Shown one piece after another: positions 1 through 9,596 of a stretch of DNA of 64,000 nucleotides. The notes beneath the pieces are model-generated. The model was not told the DNA's origin, did not search any database, and saw nothing but the letters and a program-made list of their open reading frames with translations. The stretch spans positions 21,827 to 85,826 of the forward strand of contig JBNRMN010000096.1 of NCBI GenBank assembly GCA_050309605.1, given 5' to 3'. Position 1 is the stretch's first letter. Each line of letters opens with the position of its first letter. Origin of the DNA: Anaerohalosphaeraceae bacterium. Lineage in GTDB: Bacteria; Planctomycetota; Phycisphaerae; Sedimentisphaerales; Anaerohalosphaeraceae. The position numbers and the translations under genes are program-made.

Positions 1-438
1 ATCGAAATCGAAATCAAAGACGACGACCTGCGCGTCGATACCTATCGCGCCGGCGGAGCGGGCGGCCAGCACGTCAACAAAACCAGCTCGGCCGTGCGCA
101 TCACCCATATCCCGACCGGCATTGTCGTCCAGTGCCAAAACGACCGCAGCCAGCATAAAAACCGCGCTGAAGCCATGCGCATGCTCAAGAGCCGTCTGTA
201 TATGCTCCAGCAGCAGAAACGCGACGCCGAACTGGCGAAAATGTACAGCAACAAAGGCGAAATCGCCTGGGGCAATCAAATTCGCAGCTACGTGCTTCAG
301 CCCTATCAGATGGTCAAAGACCACCGCACCGACTGTCAGACCGGCAATGTCAACGCCGTACTGGACGGCGACATTGAGCTGTTCATCGAAAGCTACCTGC
401 GCCATCGCGCAGAAAAGAAAAACAAGGCGAAAAAATAG
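1..438 (+). CDS. prfB: Peptide chain release factor 2, C-terminal part (5' truncated by window)
   Basis: Frame from base 1 reads [36 protein letters not shown] (GGQ motif) and the RF2-type [21 protein letters not shown]. Confidence 0.95.
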   Translation: MEIEIKDDDLRVDTYRAGGAGGQHVNKTSSAVRITHIPTGIVVQCQNDRSQHKNRAEAMRMLKSRLYMLQQQKRDAELAKMYSNKGEIAWGNQIRSYVLQPYQMVKDHRTDCQTGNVNAVLDGDIELFIESYLRHRAEKKNKAKK

Positions 439-501
439 TTCTTGGTTCGTTGTTTTGAGTAAAAAGTGTTGCGATTTTGTTCAAGGATAGGGATTGGGCC
501 A

Positions 502-2034
502 ATGAAAAATCGGATTATTGAGGTGTCAATCGGCACACGGCGGGCGGATGCGGCGACGGTCAAGACGGATCTGCTGGCCGTCGGTGTCTTTGAGGATGGC
601 CCGTGTTGTGCGGCCTCGCAGGCTGTCAACCACAAGCTGGGCAACCCGCTCAAACGGCTCAAACAACTGGGCGACTTTGAGGGCAAAGCCCAAACCTCTG
701 CGATGGTCTATACCGACGGCAAGATAGCCGCGTCGCGGGTGCTGTTTGTGGGGCTGGGGCCGCGTGACAAGGCCGACACGCAGACGCTGTTCAAGGCCGC
801 GGCGCTGGCCGCACATCAGGCCGTTGATCGAAAGGCCAAAACGCTCGGTCTGCTGCTCTATTGTGCCCAGGGCAAGGCCGCGCCGGTTCCCCTGGAGCAG
901 GCCGGCCAGGCCATCGCCGAAGGGATGGGCTTCGGCGCCTATCGCTATGACGAATATATTGAGCAGGCCGCGAAAAAGCGGGCATCGAAGTTGACCGCGA
1001 CGATTCTGACCGCCGAAGCAAAGACCGCCGCCGCGCTGAAAAAAGGCGCCGCTATCGGTGCGATCACCGCCGCAGCCCAAAGCTACGCGCGCACCATCGC
1101 CAACCGTCCGGCCAATGTGATTACCCCGGCGACGCTGGCTGCGGAGGCCAAAAAACTGGCCGCGTCGATCCCGTCGCTGCGATGCAGTGTGCTCGAACAA
1201 AAGCAGTTGAGCACCAAAAAAATGGGCGGTATCCTGGCTGTCGGACAAGGTTCGGCCAATTCGCCGCGGCTGATCGTTTTGGAGTACAAACCCGCCGGCA
1301 CGACAGCCAAAACGCCTGTTATCGGACTGGTGGGCAAGGCCATCACCTTCGACTCCGGCGGCATTTCGCTCAAACCCGGCCAGGGAATGGAAGATATGAA
1401 ATTCGACAAATCCGGCGGCATCGCGGTGTTGGGGGCCATGCGGGCCATCGCGCACCTTGAGCCGAAGGTCCACGTCATCGGCCTGATCCCGGCCGCGGAG
1501 AATATGCCCAGCGGCACCAGCTACCGCCCCGGCGACATCGTCACCACCTACAGCGGCAAGACGGTCGAAATCCAGAACACCGACGCCGAAGGACGGATGA
1601 TTTTGTGCGACGCGATAGCCTACGCTAAAACCCTCGGCTGTCGAACGATTGTGGATATGGCGACCCTGACCGGGGCGTGCGTGGTTGCTGTCGGCACCAA
1701 ACGCGCCGGCCTGATGGGCAATGACGAATCCCTGATCGAACAGCTTAAGGCCGCCGCCGTCAGAACCGGCGAGCGGGTCTGGCATCTGCCCTGCGATGAT
1801 GAGTTCGTCGAGGCGATGAAAAGTAAAATCGCCGACCTCAAGAACATTGGCGGCAAGTGGGGCGGCGCCTGTACCGCCGCGGCCTTTCTCAGCCAATTTG
1901 CTGAAGGCGTCAAGTGGGCGCATATCGATATGGCCGGCGTCGGCGTCTGGGGAGCAGACGAAAAACAAGCCCCCGGATCCATCGGTTTCGGCGTGCGTTT
2001 ATTGACGGAATTCATCAGGACCCAGGGCAAATAA
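502..2034 (+). CDS. pepA: Leucyl aminopeptidase (M17)
   Basis: GKAITFDSGG, MKFDKSG and NTDAEGR motifs; ATG at 502 preferred over the ORF-track start at 466. Confidence 0.95.
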   Translation: MKNRIIEVSIGTRRADAATVKTDLLAVGVFEDGPCCAASQAVNHKLGNPLKRLKQLGDFEGKAQTSAMVYTDGKIAASRVLFVGLGPRDKADTQTLFKAAALAAHQAVDRKAKTLGLLLYCAQGKAAPVPLEQAGQAIAEGMGFGAYRYDEYIEQAAKKRASKLTATILTAEAKTAAALKKGAAIGAITAAAQSYARTIANRPANVITPATLAAEAKKLAASIPSLRCSVLEQKQLSTKKMGGILAVGQGSANSPRLIVLEYKPAGTTAKTPVIGLVGKAITFDSGGISLKPGQGMEDMKFDKSGGIAVLGAMRAIAHLEPKVHVIGLIPAAENMPSGTSYRPGDIVTTYSGKTVEIQNTDAEGRMILCDAIAYAKTLGCRTIVDMATLTGACVVAVGTKRAGLMGNDESLIEQLKAAAVRTGERVWHLPCDDEFVEAMKSKIADLKNIGGKWGGACTAAAFLSQFAEGVKWAHIDMAGVGVWGADEKQAPGSIGFGVRLLTEFIRTQGK

Positions 2035-2175
2035 CCAGAAATAAAACGTCTTTTTATTCTAAAATCTCCCGATTTATGAATAAAATTTTGACAAATAATT
2101 GAAAATATTGTAAAACTCCGCAAATGTGTCGTTTTGATGTCAATGTTCGCTTAAATTGTTGAAATTTTGCGAAAA

Positions 2176-2823
2176 ATGGAAAAACCTGAGATTATGACCG
2201 TTGCTGAGGTGGCCGAGTTTTTGCGCGTCTCCGAGCGCACCGTCTATGACTGGGCGGTCAACGGCACGATACCCTGCGGCAAGCTGGGCACGGCGTGGCG
2301 ATTCAAACGGTCGCAGATCGAACAGTGGGTCGATGACAATCTGTCCGGTTCGCAAAAGCCGGTATCGTTTACGCCGATCTCAATTTCTCAGATTTTATCC
2401 CCCCAAAATGTCCTAATTATTTCCGACACACAAAAAGACAGTGCCCTGATACGAATCATCGAGCATGTGGCCGATGCCGGCTGTATTGACAACAAAGAAG
2501 CGGTACTGGAGGGTGTTTTTCAGCGCGAACGCCTCATGTCCACCGGCATCGGGTTGGGCGTGGGCATTCCGCACATTCGTCGGAAAGGAATCGATGATCT
2601 GCTGATGGCCGTGGCGCTGAGCACCTGCCCGATTGCCGATTATGAGACACTGGACAACGTCCCCGTTCGACTGATTTTTATGATTCTGGCCGGCCAGCAC
2701 CAGCACACGCTTCACATCAAGACCATGGCCGCGATCAGCAGCCGAATACGCAATCCGGTACTGCGGGAAATGCTCATGCAGGCCGACAGCGCCCAAATAC
2801 TCTATGACTTGTTAACACGCTGA
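2176..2823 (+). CDS. Excisionase-type HTH fused to a PTS EIIA (Ntr/fructose-type) domain
   Basis: N-terminal MTVAEVAEFLRVSERTVYDW...GKLGTAWRF; C-terminal RERLMSTGIGLGVGIPH with the phospho-acceptor His. Confidence 0.9.
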   Translation: MEKPEIMTVAEVAEFLRVSERTVYDWAVNGTIPCGKLGTAWRFKRSQIEQWVDDNLSGSQKPVSFTPISISQILSPQNVLIISDTQKDSALIRIIEHVADAGCIDNKEAVLEGVFQRERLMSTGIGLGVGIPHIRRKGIDDLLMAVALSTCPIADYETLDNVPVRLIFMILAGQHQHTLHIKTMAAISSRIRNPVLREMLMQADSAQILYDLLTR

Positions 2824-2834
2824 GGATTGGATCA

Positions 2835-4523
2835 ATGGGAGTTATAACCGCCGCGCTGGTGGAGATACATTTTGGGATTCTGGTACTGCTGGGTACCGGC
2901 GTTCTGGGCGGCGCGTTGGGGGCGTGGTTTTTCCAGAAAATCCGCATTCCGCAAGTGGTCGGGTACATCGTCGTCGGTTTGGTCATCGGCCGAAGCGGCC
3001 TGAAGCTGCTCGATACCGCCCAAATCGACCAGCTTCGTTCATTTACCTGGTTTGCACTGGGGCTGATCGGGTTTCTCGTCGGCGGTGAGCTGAAACTCGA
3101 CACGTTTCGGCAATACGGCCGCCAGTTTTTTCAGATATTGTTTTGGGAAGGGGCGCTGTCGTTTTTATTGGTCTCAACGACCTCCGGCTTGATTGTCTAT
3201 GCCGTGACCCGGAATGCCGCCGCCGCGGCCGCGGCCGGGGTGGTCTTCGGGGCGATTGCCTCGGCCACGGATCCGGCCTCAACCGTGGAAGTCCTCTGGG
3301 AATACCGCGCCAAAGGCATACTGACGCTGACGGTTATCGCCGTTATCGCTCTGGACGATGCGCTGGCGATGCTGCTGTACGGCCTCGGAACCAGTGTCGC
3401 CGAAATGCTGACCGGCGGCGGACATCATTGGCTCAGCCAGATGGGCAGGGTCGTGATGGAACTGCTGGGGTCGGTCGTTTTTGGACTGCTGGGCGGTGCG
3501 GTGATGATGCTGTTTCTGCGATTTGTACACCACAAACAGGAACGCACACTGGCAGTCGCGGTCGGGCTGCTGCTGATGATGATTGGACTGGCGACGACGG
3601 CCCATCTGGATGTGATTCTGGTGACCATGGTGATGGGGCTGGTTTTAACCAATACGGTGCCTCACCATGCTGAAAAACTGTTCGTGCTGATCAAAAGTTT
3701 TTCCGTGCCGATCTATGTGATGTTTTTCGTGATGGTCGGGGCACGTCTGAGCATCGGCCAGTTGCCGAGCTGGTTGTGGGCAATCGTGGCGGTGTATGTC
3801 GCGGGACGAACCATCGGCAAGATGGTCGGCTGCTGGCTGGGCGCCAAACTCAGCGGCGCACCGCAGCTGGTCCAGCGCTATTGCGGGCTGGCCTTGTTTC
3901 CCCAGGGCGGCGTGGCGATTGGGCTGTCGATTATGGCCACCCAGCATCTGGGCGGTATCGCGGTCGATGAAACGTACACCCTCGGCGAGGTGGTGGTGGC
4001 CGGCGTGACCGCTACCACCCTTATCGTTCAGCTCATAGGCCCTTCCATGGTCAAATTAAGCGTACGTATGGCCAATGAACTGGGTCGCAATGTAACCGAA
4101 GAAGATGTGATGGACTCCCTGACGGTGGGGCAGACAGCCATGGCCGACATTGCCCCCGTACGGCAGACCGACAGCATCGGAACCCTGCTGCGGCGTTTTT
4201 CCGACGGGGAAAATCTGGCCTATCCGGTCGTCGATGCGGACGGGAAAATGACCGGGTTGGTCACCCTGGCTCATCTTAAAGACTTATTAACCAGCAGCGA
4301 TTGCTGGGATTGGATGGTCGTTGCCGATGTGATGGTCTCGGATATGCAGGGAGTATCTGAGTCCATGCCGTTGGCTGCGGCGTTACAACTCATTGAAGAT
4401 ACCGGCTGTGAGCAGATACCGGTGCTCAGCGAGCCGACCGGACGCCCCGTCGGTATCCTCGACCTGCGGCACGCCAAAAAAATCGTGCATCAGGAATTGA
4501 TTCGTCTTCAGACGCGCACCTGA
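2835..4523 (+). CDS. Cation:proton antiporter with C-terminal CBS pair
   Basis: Multiple TM helices, ASATDPA and ALDDA motifs, C-terminal CBS-like YPVVDADGKMTGLVT. Confidence 0.85.
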   Translation: MGVITAALVEIHFGILVLLGTGVLGGALGAWFFQKIRIPQVVGYIVVGLVIGRSGLKLLDTAQIDQLRSFTWFALGLIGFLVGGELKLDTFRQYGRQFFQILFWEGALSFLLVSTTSGLIVYAVTRNAAAAAAAGVVFGAIASATDPASTVEVLWEYRAKGILTLTVIAVIALDDALAMLLYGLGTSVAEMLTGGGHHWLSQMGRVVMELLGSVVFGLLGGAVMMLFLRFVHHKQERTLAVAVGLLLMMIGLATTAHLDVILVTMVMGLVLTNTVPHHAEKLFVLIKSFSVPIYVMFFVMVGARLSIGQLPSWLWAIVAVYVAGRTIGKMVGCWLGAKLSGAPQLVQRYCGLALFPQGGVAIGLSIMATQHLGGIAVDETYTLGEVVVAGVTATTLIVQLIGPSMVKLSVRMANELGRNVTEEDVMDSLTVGQTAMADIAPVRQTDSIGTLLRRFSDGENLAYPVVDADGKMTGLVTLAHLKDLLTSSDCWDWMVVADVMVSDMQGVSESMPLAAALQLIEDTGCEQIPVLSEPTGRPVGILDLRHAKKIVHQELIRLQTRT

Positions 4524-4635
4524 CAGACTCGACGGTTCTTCAGACGAATCCCGAAGCGGCAACAGACAGACACGGGTTCGATCTTGTCAAGGGTCGAACG
4601 GACATAGTGCAATCGATTTCAAACGAGGAAATACG

Positions 4636-6474
4636 ATGGCCAAAAAGGGTCTCTCTTTGAATGATCTGCTGAAAGATAAGCTGCCTTCGACTTTGGAAAT
4701 CAAAGGATTTGCCTGGCGTCAGGAGCTGTTGCTGTATGGGTTAGCCGTCGTCATCGGCCTGCTGACCGCGCTGGCGGCGGTGGGATTTAATGGGCTGGTT
4801 GAATGGGTCGATGCGCTCTGTTACGGGTCGAATTCGACGCCGGGCATTTACGGAGAACGCTATTTCCTGCTGTTCATTCTGCCGGCGGCAGGCGCCTTGC
4901 TGGTTGGTCTGATCGCTCATTTCTACTCCCGCGAGGCCGTCGGACACGGCGTGCCCGAAGTGATGGATGCGATTGTGCGGCGCGACTGCAAGATCAAAAT
5001 TCATGTCGCATTGGCCCGCATCATTACCGCCGCACTGACCATCGGCTCCGGCGGCTCAGCCGGCCCGGAAGGACCGATTATTCAGATCGGGGCGGCCATT
5101 GCCTCCTCGTCCGGACGCTTCTTTCGTGTGGTGCGGTATCATTTACCCGTCCTGATTGCCTGCGGCGCGGCCGCCGGAGTGGCGGCCATTTTTCACGCTC
5201 CGATTGCCGGCGTCCTGTTTGCTATGGAGGTATTTCTTCGCGACATCAATTTCAAAACACTTTCGCCGGTTCTCATTGCCTCAGTCATCAGTCGGGTCGT
5301 GGTCACCACGCTGCTCGGGTCCGATCAGGCCATTTTCCCGTTGGGCGACTTGGCGATTTATACCTTTCACTGGCTTGAGCTGGGCAATTATATTGTGCTG
5401 GGCTTTATTTGTGCGGCTGTGGCCGTGGCGTTTATTCGATTGCTGACCTACGCCGAGGAATGGTTTGAAAAACTGAACATTCCGGAAGTCTTTAAGCCGA
5501 TGCTCGGTGGTTTGGCCCTTGGCGTGGTCGGATTGGCAACGGTTATCGCGATTCGCGGGGCGGTACGCGGTGAGCCGATTATCTTCGGCAAAGGCTATTC
5601 GTTTGTTGGATTGTGCATTGGAACGGCTCACGCCGAACGGTTTGCGGATTTTCAAATGACCATCGGGATTCTGGTCGTGCTGCTCATTGCCAAGATTCTC
5701 GCCACGTGTCTGACGCTCGGCAGCGGCGCCTCCGGCGGGGTCTTTGCGCCGTCCCTGTTTATGGGCGCGGCAACCGGCTATGCATTTGGGCTGCTGGTTC
5801 AGCGATTCGGCTTTTTTCCCGACATCAGTCCGGCAGCCTACAGCGTCGTAGGGATGGCGTCGGTTGTGGCCGCCACAACCCACGCCCCGATGGCTGCGAT
5901 TGTGATGTTGTTTGAGATTACACATAATTATCGCATTATTCTGCCGGTGATGTTTTCTTGTACGGTGGCCTTGTTGATTGCGCGGCTCTTTTGTGCCCAA
6001 TCGGTGGCCACGCTGCGGCTTCAGCATCGCGGCGTGCAATTCGGCGTGCACGCACGAACCGCGATGCTCAGACGGTTTACAGTGCGGGATATTATGGAAG
6101 ACGGCACGGTCATCGTCCGGGGCGATAAGCCGATTCAGGAGATTATCATCCAGACTGCCGATGAGGATGCGGCCGATTTTATCGTGCTCGACAAAAACGG
6201 GCGATATACTGGGTTGCTGTGCGAAAAAGACCTGCGCAATACCTTGCTGCACCCCGAAGCGATCCCCCTGATCGTTGGCGACGAACTGGCCCGCCCCGAC
6301 GTGCCGGTCGTTTCGCCGGACGATACGCTGGATACCGTTCTGGAGATTTTCAGCCGACTGGATGTCAACAGCCTGCCTGTTTCCGACGGCGTCAAGCCGC
6401 CGAATTACATCGGGATGGTCACGCGAGCGGCCCTGATGCGCCGGTATATGAGCGAATTGCAGAACGGCGGCTGA
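4636..6474 (+). CDS. ClC-family chloride channel/transporter with CBS domains
   Basis: GHGVPE, GSGGSAGPEGP and GGVFAP signature segments; C-terminal CBS pair. Confidence 0.92.
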   Translation: MAKKGLSLNDLLKDKLPSTLEIKGFAWRQELLLYGLAVVIGLLTALAAVGFNGLVEWVDALCYGSNSTPGIYGERYFLLFILPAAGALLVGLIAHFYSREAVGHGVPEVMDAIVRRDCKIKIHVALARIITAALTIGSGGSAGPEGPIIQIGAAIASSSGRFFRVVRYHLPVLIACGAAAGVAAIFHAPIAGVLFAMEVFLRDINFKTLSPVLIASVISRVVVTTLLGSDQAIFPLGDLAIYTFHWLELGNYIVLGFICAAVAVAFIRLLTYAEEWFEKLNIPEVFKPMLGGLALGVVGLATVIAIRGAVRGEPIIFGKGYSFVGLCIGTAHAERFADFQMTIGILVVLLIAKILATCLTLGSGASGGVFAPSLFMGAATGYAFGLLVQRFGFFPDISPAAYSVVGMASVVAATTHAPMAAIVMLFEITHNYRIILPVMFSCTVALLIARLFCAQSVATLRLQHRGVQFGVHARTAMLRRFTVRDIMEDGTVIVRGDKPIQEIIIQTADEDAADFIVLDKNGRYTGLLCEKDLRNTLLHPEAIPLIVGDELARPDVPVVSPDDTLDTVLEIFSRLDVNSLPVSDGVKPPNYIGMVTRAALMRRYMSELQNGG

Positions 6475-6594
6475 GCCGGCTTGGCAGGGGCACAAAATCG
6501 CCCTTTTCAATTGCCGTCGCTTTCGGGTATAATGCCCTTTTCCAAAAATCGTCTTAACTTATCTTGTAATTGGTATCAGGAACAAAGGCAGAGA

Positions 6595-7182
6595 ATGCAG
6601 AACAAACAGAACCCCCACATTGATCTTCAGCGTCTTGAAAAGGCGGCCTTGGAAATTCTGGAAGCAGTCGGTGAAAACCCGCAGCGGGAAGGCCTCAGAG
6701 AAACACCCCAGCGGGTTGCGCGGATGTTTGCCGAACTGCTGGCGGGAATGAATCACGACCCCGGTGAATATGTTGGCACAATTTTTCACGAAAAATACGA
6801 CGAAATCGTCTTGCTCAAAGATATCCCGTTTTACAGCGTTTGTGAACATCATTTAATGCCGTTTATCGGCAAGGCTCACGTTGCCTATCTGCCCGACGGC
6901 AAGGTGCTCGGCATCAGCAAATTGGCTCGGGTCGTCGATGCGTTCGCTCGACGGCTTCAGCTTCAGGAACGGCTGACCGATCAGATCGCCGATTTTCTGA
7001 TGCAGAAACTCAGCCCCCAGGGCGTCAGTGTGGTGCTTGAGGCGTCGCATAGCTGTATGACGATACGCGGCATCCGAAAACCCGGCTCCATGATGGTCAC
7101 CAGCGCCTTGCGCGGCATCTTCAAACGCGACCCGCGCAGTCGAGCCGAAGTACTGACCCTGATACACGGCGACAGGCACTGA
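6595..7182 (+). CDS. folE: GTP cyclohydrolase I
   Basis: [29 protein letters not shown] and HSCMTIRG motifs. Confidence 0.96.
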   Translation: MQNKQNPHIDLQRLEKAALEILEAVGENPQREGLRETPQRVARMFAELLAGMNHDPGEYVGTIFHEKYDEIVLLKDIPFYSVCEHHLMPFIGKAHVAYLPDGKVLGISKLARVVDAFARRLQLQERLTDQIADFLMQKLSPQGVSVVLEASHSCMTIRGIRKPGSMMVTSALRGIFKRDPRSRAEVLTLIHGDRH

Positions 7183-7183
7183 T

Positions 7184-7978
7184 ATGCATCGGCTGAATCG
7201 ACAAATACGGTTTTCCATCAATCCGTTTGCCAAAACGCCTGCGGGCGACAATTCCTATGCGTCCAAACCCTGCGGCAGCGGGCTGAGCTTCTATCTGGCG
7301 TTGTGGGTTGAGTTGGCCGCTCCTCTTGATCCGGATACGGGATTTGTCGTAAATGTCTCTCGGATTGATCAGGCAGTTCGCCGACGGGCGATTCCCTTGT
7401 TTGATGAGGCGATTCGACAAGCCTGTGCTCAGGGCAAATCGGTGATGCTGGCCGATTTAAGCAGGCTGCTCCGAACGGCCTGGCCGCGGATACAAAGTGA
7501 CTTTTTGCGGCCCCGGCTGACACGGCTGAGGCTGGAACTGAATCCCTATCGCACCATTCAACTCAATGCGGAGGACAGCGACGTGATTATGTTCAGTGAA
7601 AAATTCGAATTTGCGGCGATGCACCGGCTCTGGAACACCCGGTTTGACGACGCGGCCAATACGGAATTATTCGGCAAGTGCGCCAATCCGGCTGGTCATG
7701 GACACAACTATGTCATTGAGGTATCGGTCGAAAAGGCCGACGACTCCGAGCCGCAGGACTGGATTGCCGAGTTTGAAAACGTTGTGGAACGGTCCTTCTT
7801 GTCGCTGGTGGATCATAAAAATTTGAATGTGGATGTGCCGGAGTTTAAGCACAATCCGACCGTTGAGAATCTCGCCTCATTTGCCTGGTCCCGGCTGGTC
7901 GGGCGGTTTGATGATGCCCGGCTGGTTCGGGTCACCGTTTGGGAGAACGACAGAACCTATTGTGCGTATAGCCCATAA
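7184..7978 (+). CDS. 6-pyruvoyl-tetrahydropterin synthase family protein, two T-fold domains (N-terminal one degenerate)
   Basis: FAAMHRL, KCANPAGHGHNY, DHKNLN, PTVENL and VWEN; starts 1 nt after folE. Confidence 0.88.
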   Translation: MHRLNRQIRFSINPFAKTPAGDNSYASKPCGSGLSFYLALWVELAAPLDPDTGFVVNVSRIDQAVRRRAIPLFDEAIRQACAQGKSVMLADLSRLLRTAWPRIQSDFLRPRLTRLRLELNPYRTIQLNAEDSDVIMFSEKFEFAAMHRLWNTRFDDAANTELFGKCANPAGHGHNYVIEVSVEKADDSEPQDWIAEFENVVERSFLSLVDHKNLNVDVPEFKHNPTVENLASFAWSRLVGRFDDARLVRVTVWENDRTYCAYSP

Positions 7979-8255
7979 GGAACGTGTATTTTATCGGAAC
8001 CACGCGGAACGGCCCTATGCCGCGTATTTGAATACGGACAGTCGCTTTTTTATAACTCCTGCTAATTCTGAGGGGGTCGTTTACCGATATTATAACTGTC
8101 CGTTGTTAAAACGCTTAGGCGTGGCGGGCAAACGGTTGGCTGGTGCGGCGCAACCGACGGGTACGGAGTACAGAATGTAAAAAGACTTTATGTGTCGCAT
8201 TTTACGTGCACACATACCAAAGCCATAGTCAAAGCGTGTTAAGGAATCAGTCGGT

Positions 8256-9545
8256 ATGAAAGTAACAGTTATAGGTGTGGGATATGTCGGATTGGTCGCG
8301 GCCGGGTGTTTTGCCGACGGCGGCAACCATGTGATCTGCGTCGATAGCGACAAAAAAAAGATAGACGATCTTAATAATGGGATTATCCCTATCTATGAGC
8401 CGGGGCTGACCGAGATTGTTACAAAAAATAAAGAGGCAGGACGTCTCGTTTTTACCACCGATCTGAAAGAGGGCGTGGACAATTCCCTGCTCATATTCCT
8501 CGGTGTCGGCACGCCCAGTGCGCCGGACGGCTCAGCGGATATTTCCGCAGTCCTGCAGGTCGCCGGGCAGATCGCCGAGAGAATGACCGAGTACAAAATC
8601 ATCGTCACCAAAAGCACCGTCCCCGTCGGCACGCACAAAGTGGTCAGCGACCTGATCGCCTCCAAGACGGAAGTGCCGTTTGATTATGTCAGCAATCCGG
8701 AGTTTCTGAAAGAAGGCTCGGCGGTGGAAGATTTTATGAAGCCCGACCGTGTCATCATCGGAACGACCAACCCGGCGGTGATGGAGTTGATGAAGGTGCT
8801 CTACGGGCCGTTTATGCGCAAAAGCAGCCGCATTCTGTTTATGGACCCGGCCAGCGCCGAAATGGCCAAATACGCCGCCAATGTGATGCTTGCCACGCGA
8901 ATTTCGTTTATGAATGAACTCAGCGCCTTGTGTGAAGCCTGCGGCGCGGATATTGAGATGGTCCGAGCCGGCATCGGCAGCGATTCACGCATCGGCAATG
9001 CCTTTTTGTTTGCCGGCGTCGGTTTCGGCGGAAGCTGTTTTCCCAAGGATGTCCGGGCGCTGATTCATCTGGGTCGTCAAATGGATCGACCCATCACCAT
9101 TGCCGAAGCCGTCCAGCAGGCCAATCTTCGCCAGCATCAGCGGTTTGCCGACAACATACTGGCGTATTTCAAGAATCGAACCGATGTGCGGCTGGGCGTC
9201 TGGGGCCTGGCGTTCAAGGCTCGCACCGACGACACCCGCGAATCCCCCGCAGTGTTCTGTATCCAACGGTTCCTGGACGCCGGGATTCAAATCACTGCGT
9301 TTGACCCCGAAGCAAACTGTCCGGAGCTGGAGGGCAAAATCCAGCGGGTCGATAACGCCTACAACGTGCTGGACGGCGCCGATGCGCTGGTGATCTTTAC
9401 CGATTGGCAGGAATTTCGCACGCCGGACTTTGCCGCCATCGCCAAAACCCTTAAACAGCCGGTCCTTTTCGACGGACGCAACCTCTACAGCCCGTCCTTT
9501 GTCCGCAAACAGGGCATCGAGTACCACAGCATCGGCAGGCCGTAG
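8256..9545 (+). CDS. ugd: UDP-glucose 6-dehydrogenase
   Basis: GVGYVG Rossmann motif, SNPEFLKEG, catalytic GFGGSCFPKD. Confidence 0.93.
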   Translation: MKVTVIGVGYVGLVAAGCFADGGNHVICVDSDKKKIDDLNNGIIPIYEPGLTEIVTKNKEAGRLVFTTDLKEGVDNSLLIFLGVGTPSAPDGSADISAVLQVAGQIAERMTEYKIIVTKSTVPVGTHKVVSDLIASKTEVPFDYVSNPEFLKEGSAVEDFMKPDRVIIGTTNPAVMELMKVLYGPFMRKSSRILFMDPASAEMAKYAANVMLATRISFMNELSALCEACGADIEMVRAGIGSDSRIGNAFLFAGVGFGGSCFPKDVRALIHLGRQMDRPITIAEAVQQANLRQHQRFADNILAYFKNRTDVRLGVWGLAFKARTDDTRESPAVFCIQRFLDAGIQITAFDPEANCPELEGKIQRVDNAYNVLDGADALVIFTDWQEFRTPDFAAIAKTLKQPVLFDGRNLYSPSFVRKQGIEYHSIGRP

Positions 9546-9596
9546 GATAAAACAACGATCACGCAAACTGAAACCATAACCCAAAGGAACAAACCC

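Noticed and set aside
1..438. prfB programmed +1 frameshift
   Set aside because: The site would be near the gene's 5' end, outside this window
526..1968. Long antisense ORFs (this one and e.g. 5281-6510, 27518-28573, 29818-31347, 34804-35910, 41622-43238, 43674-45122, 50482-51987, 58265-59536)
   Set aside because: They lie opposite well-supported genes, lack motifs and are expected shadows in GC-rich DNA
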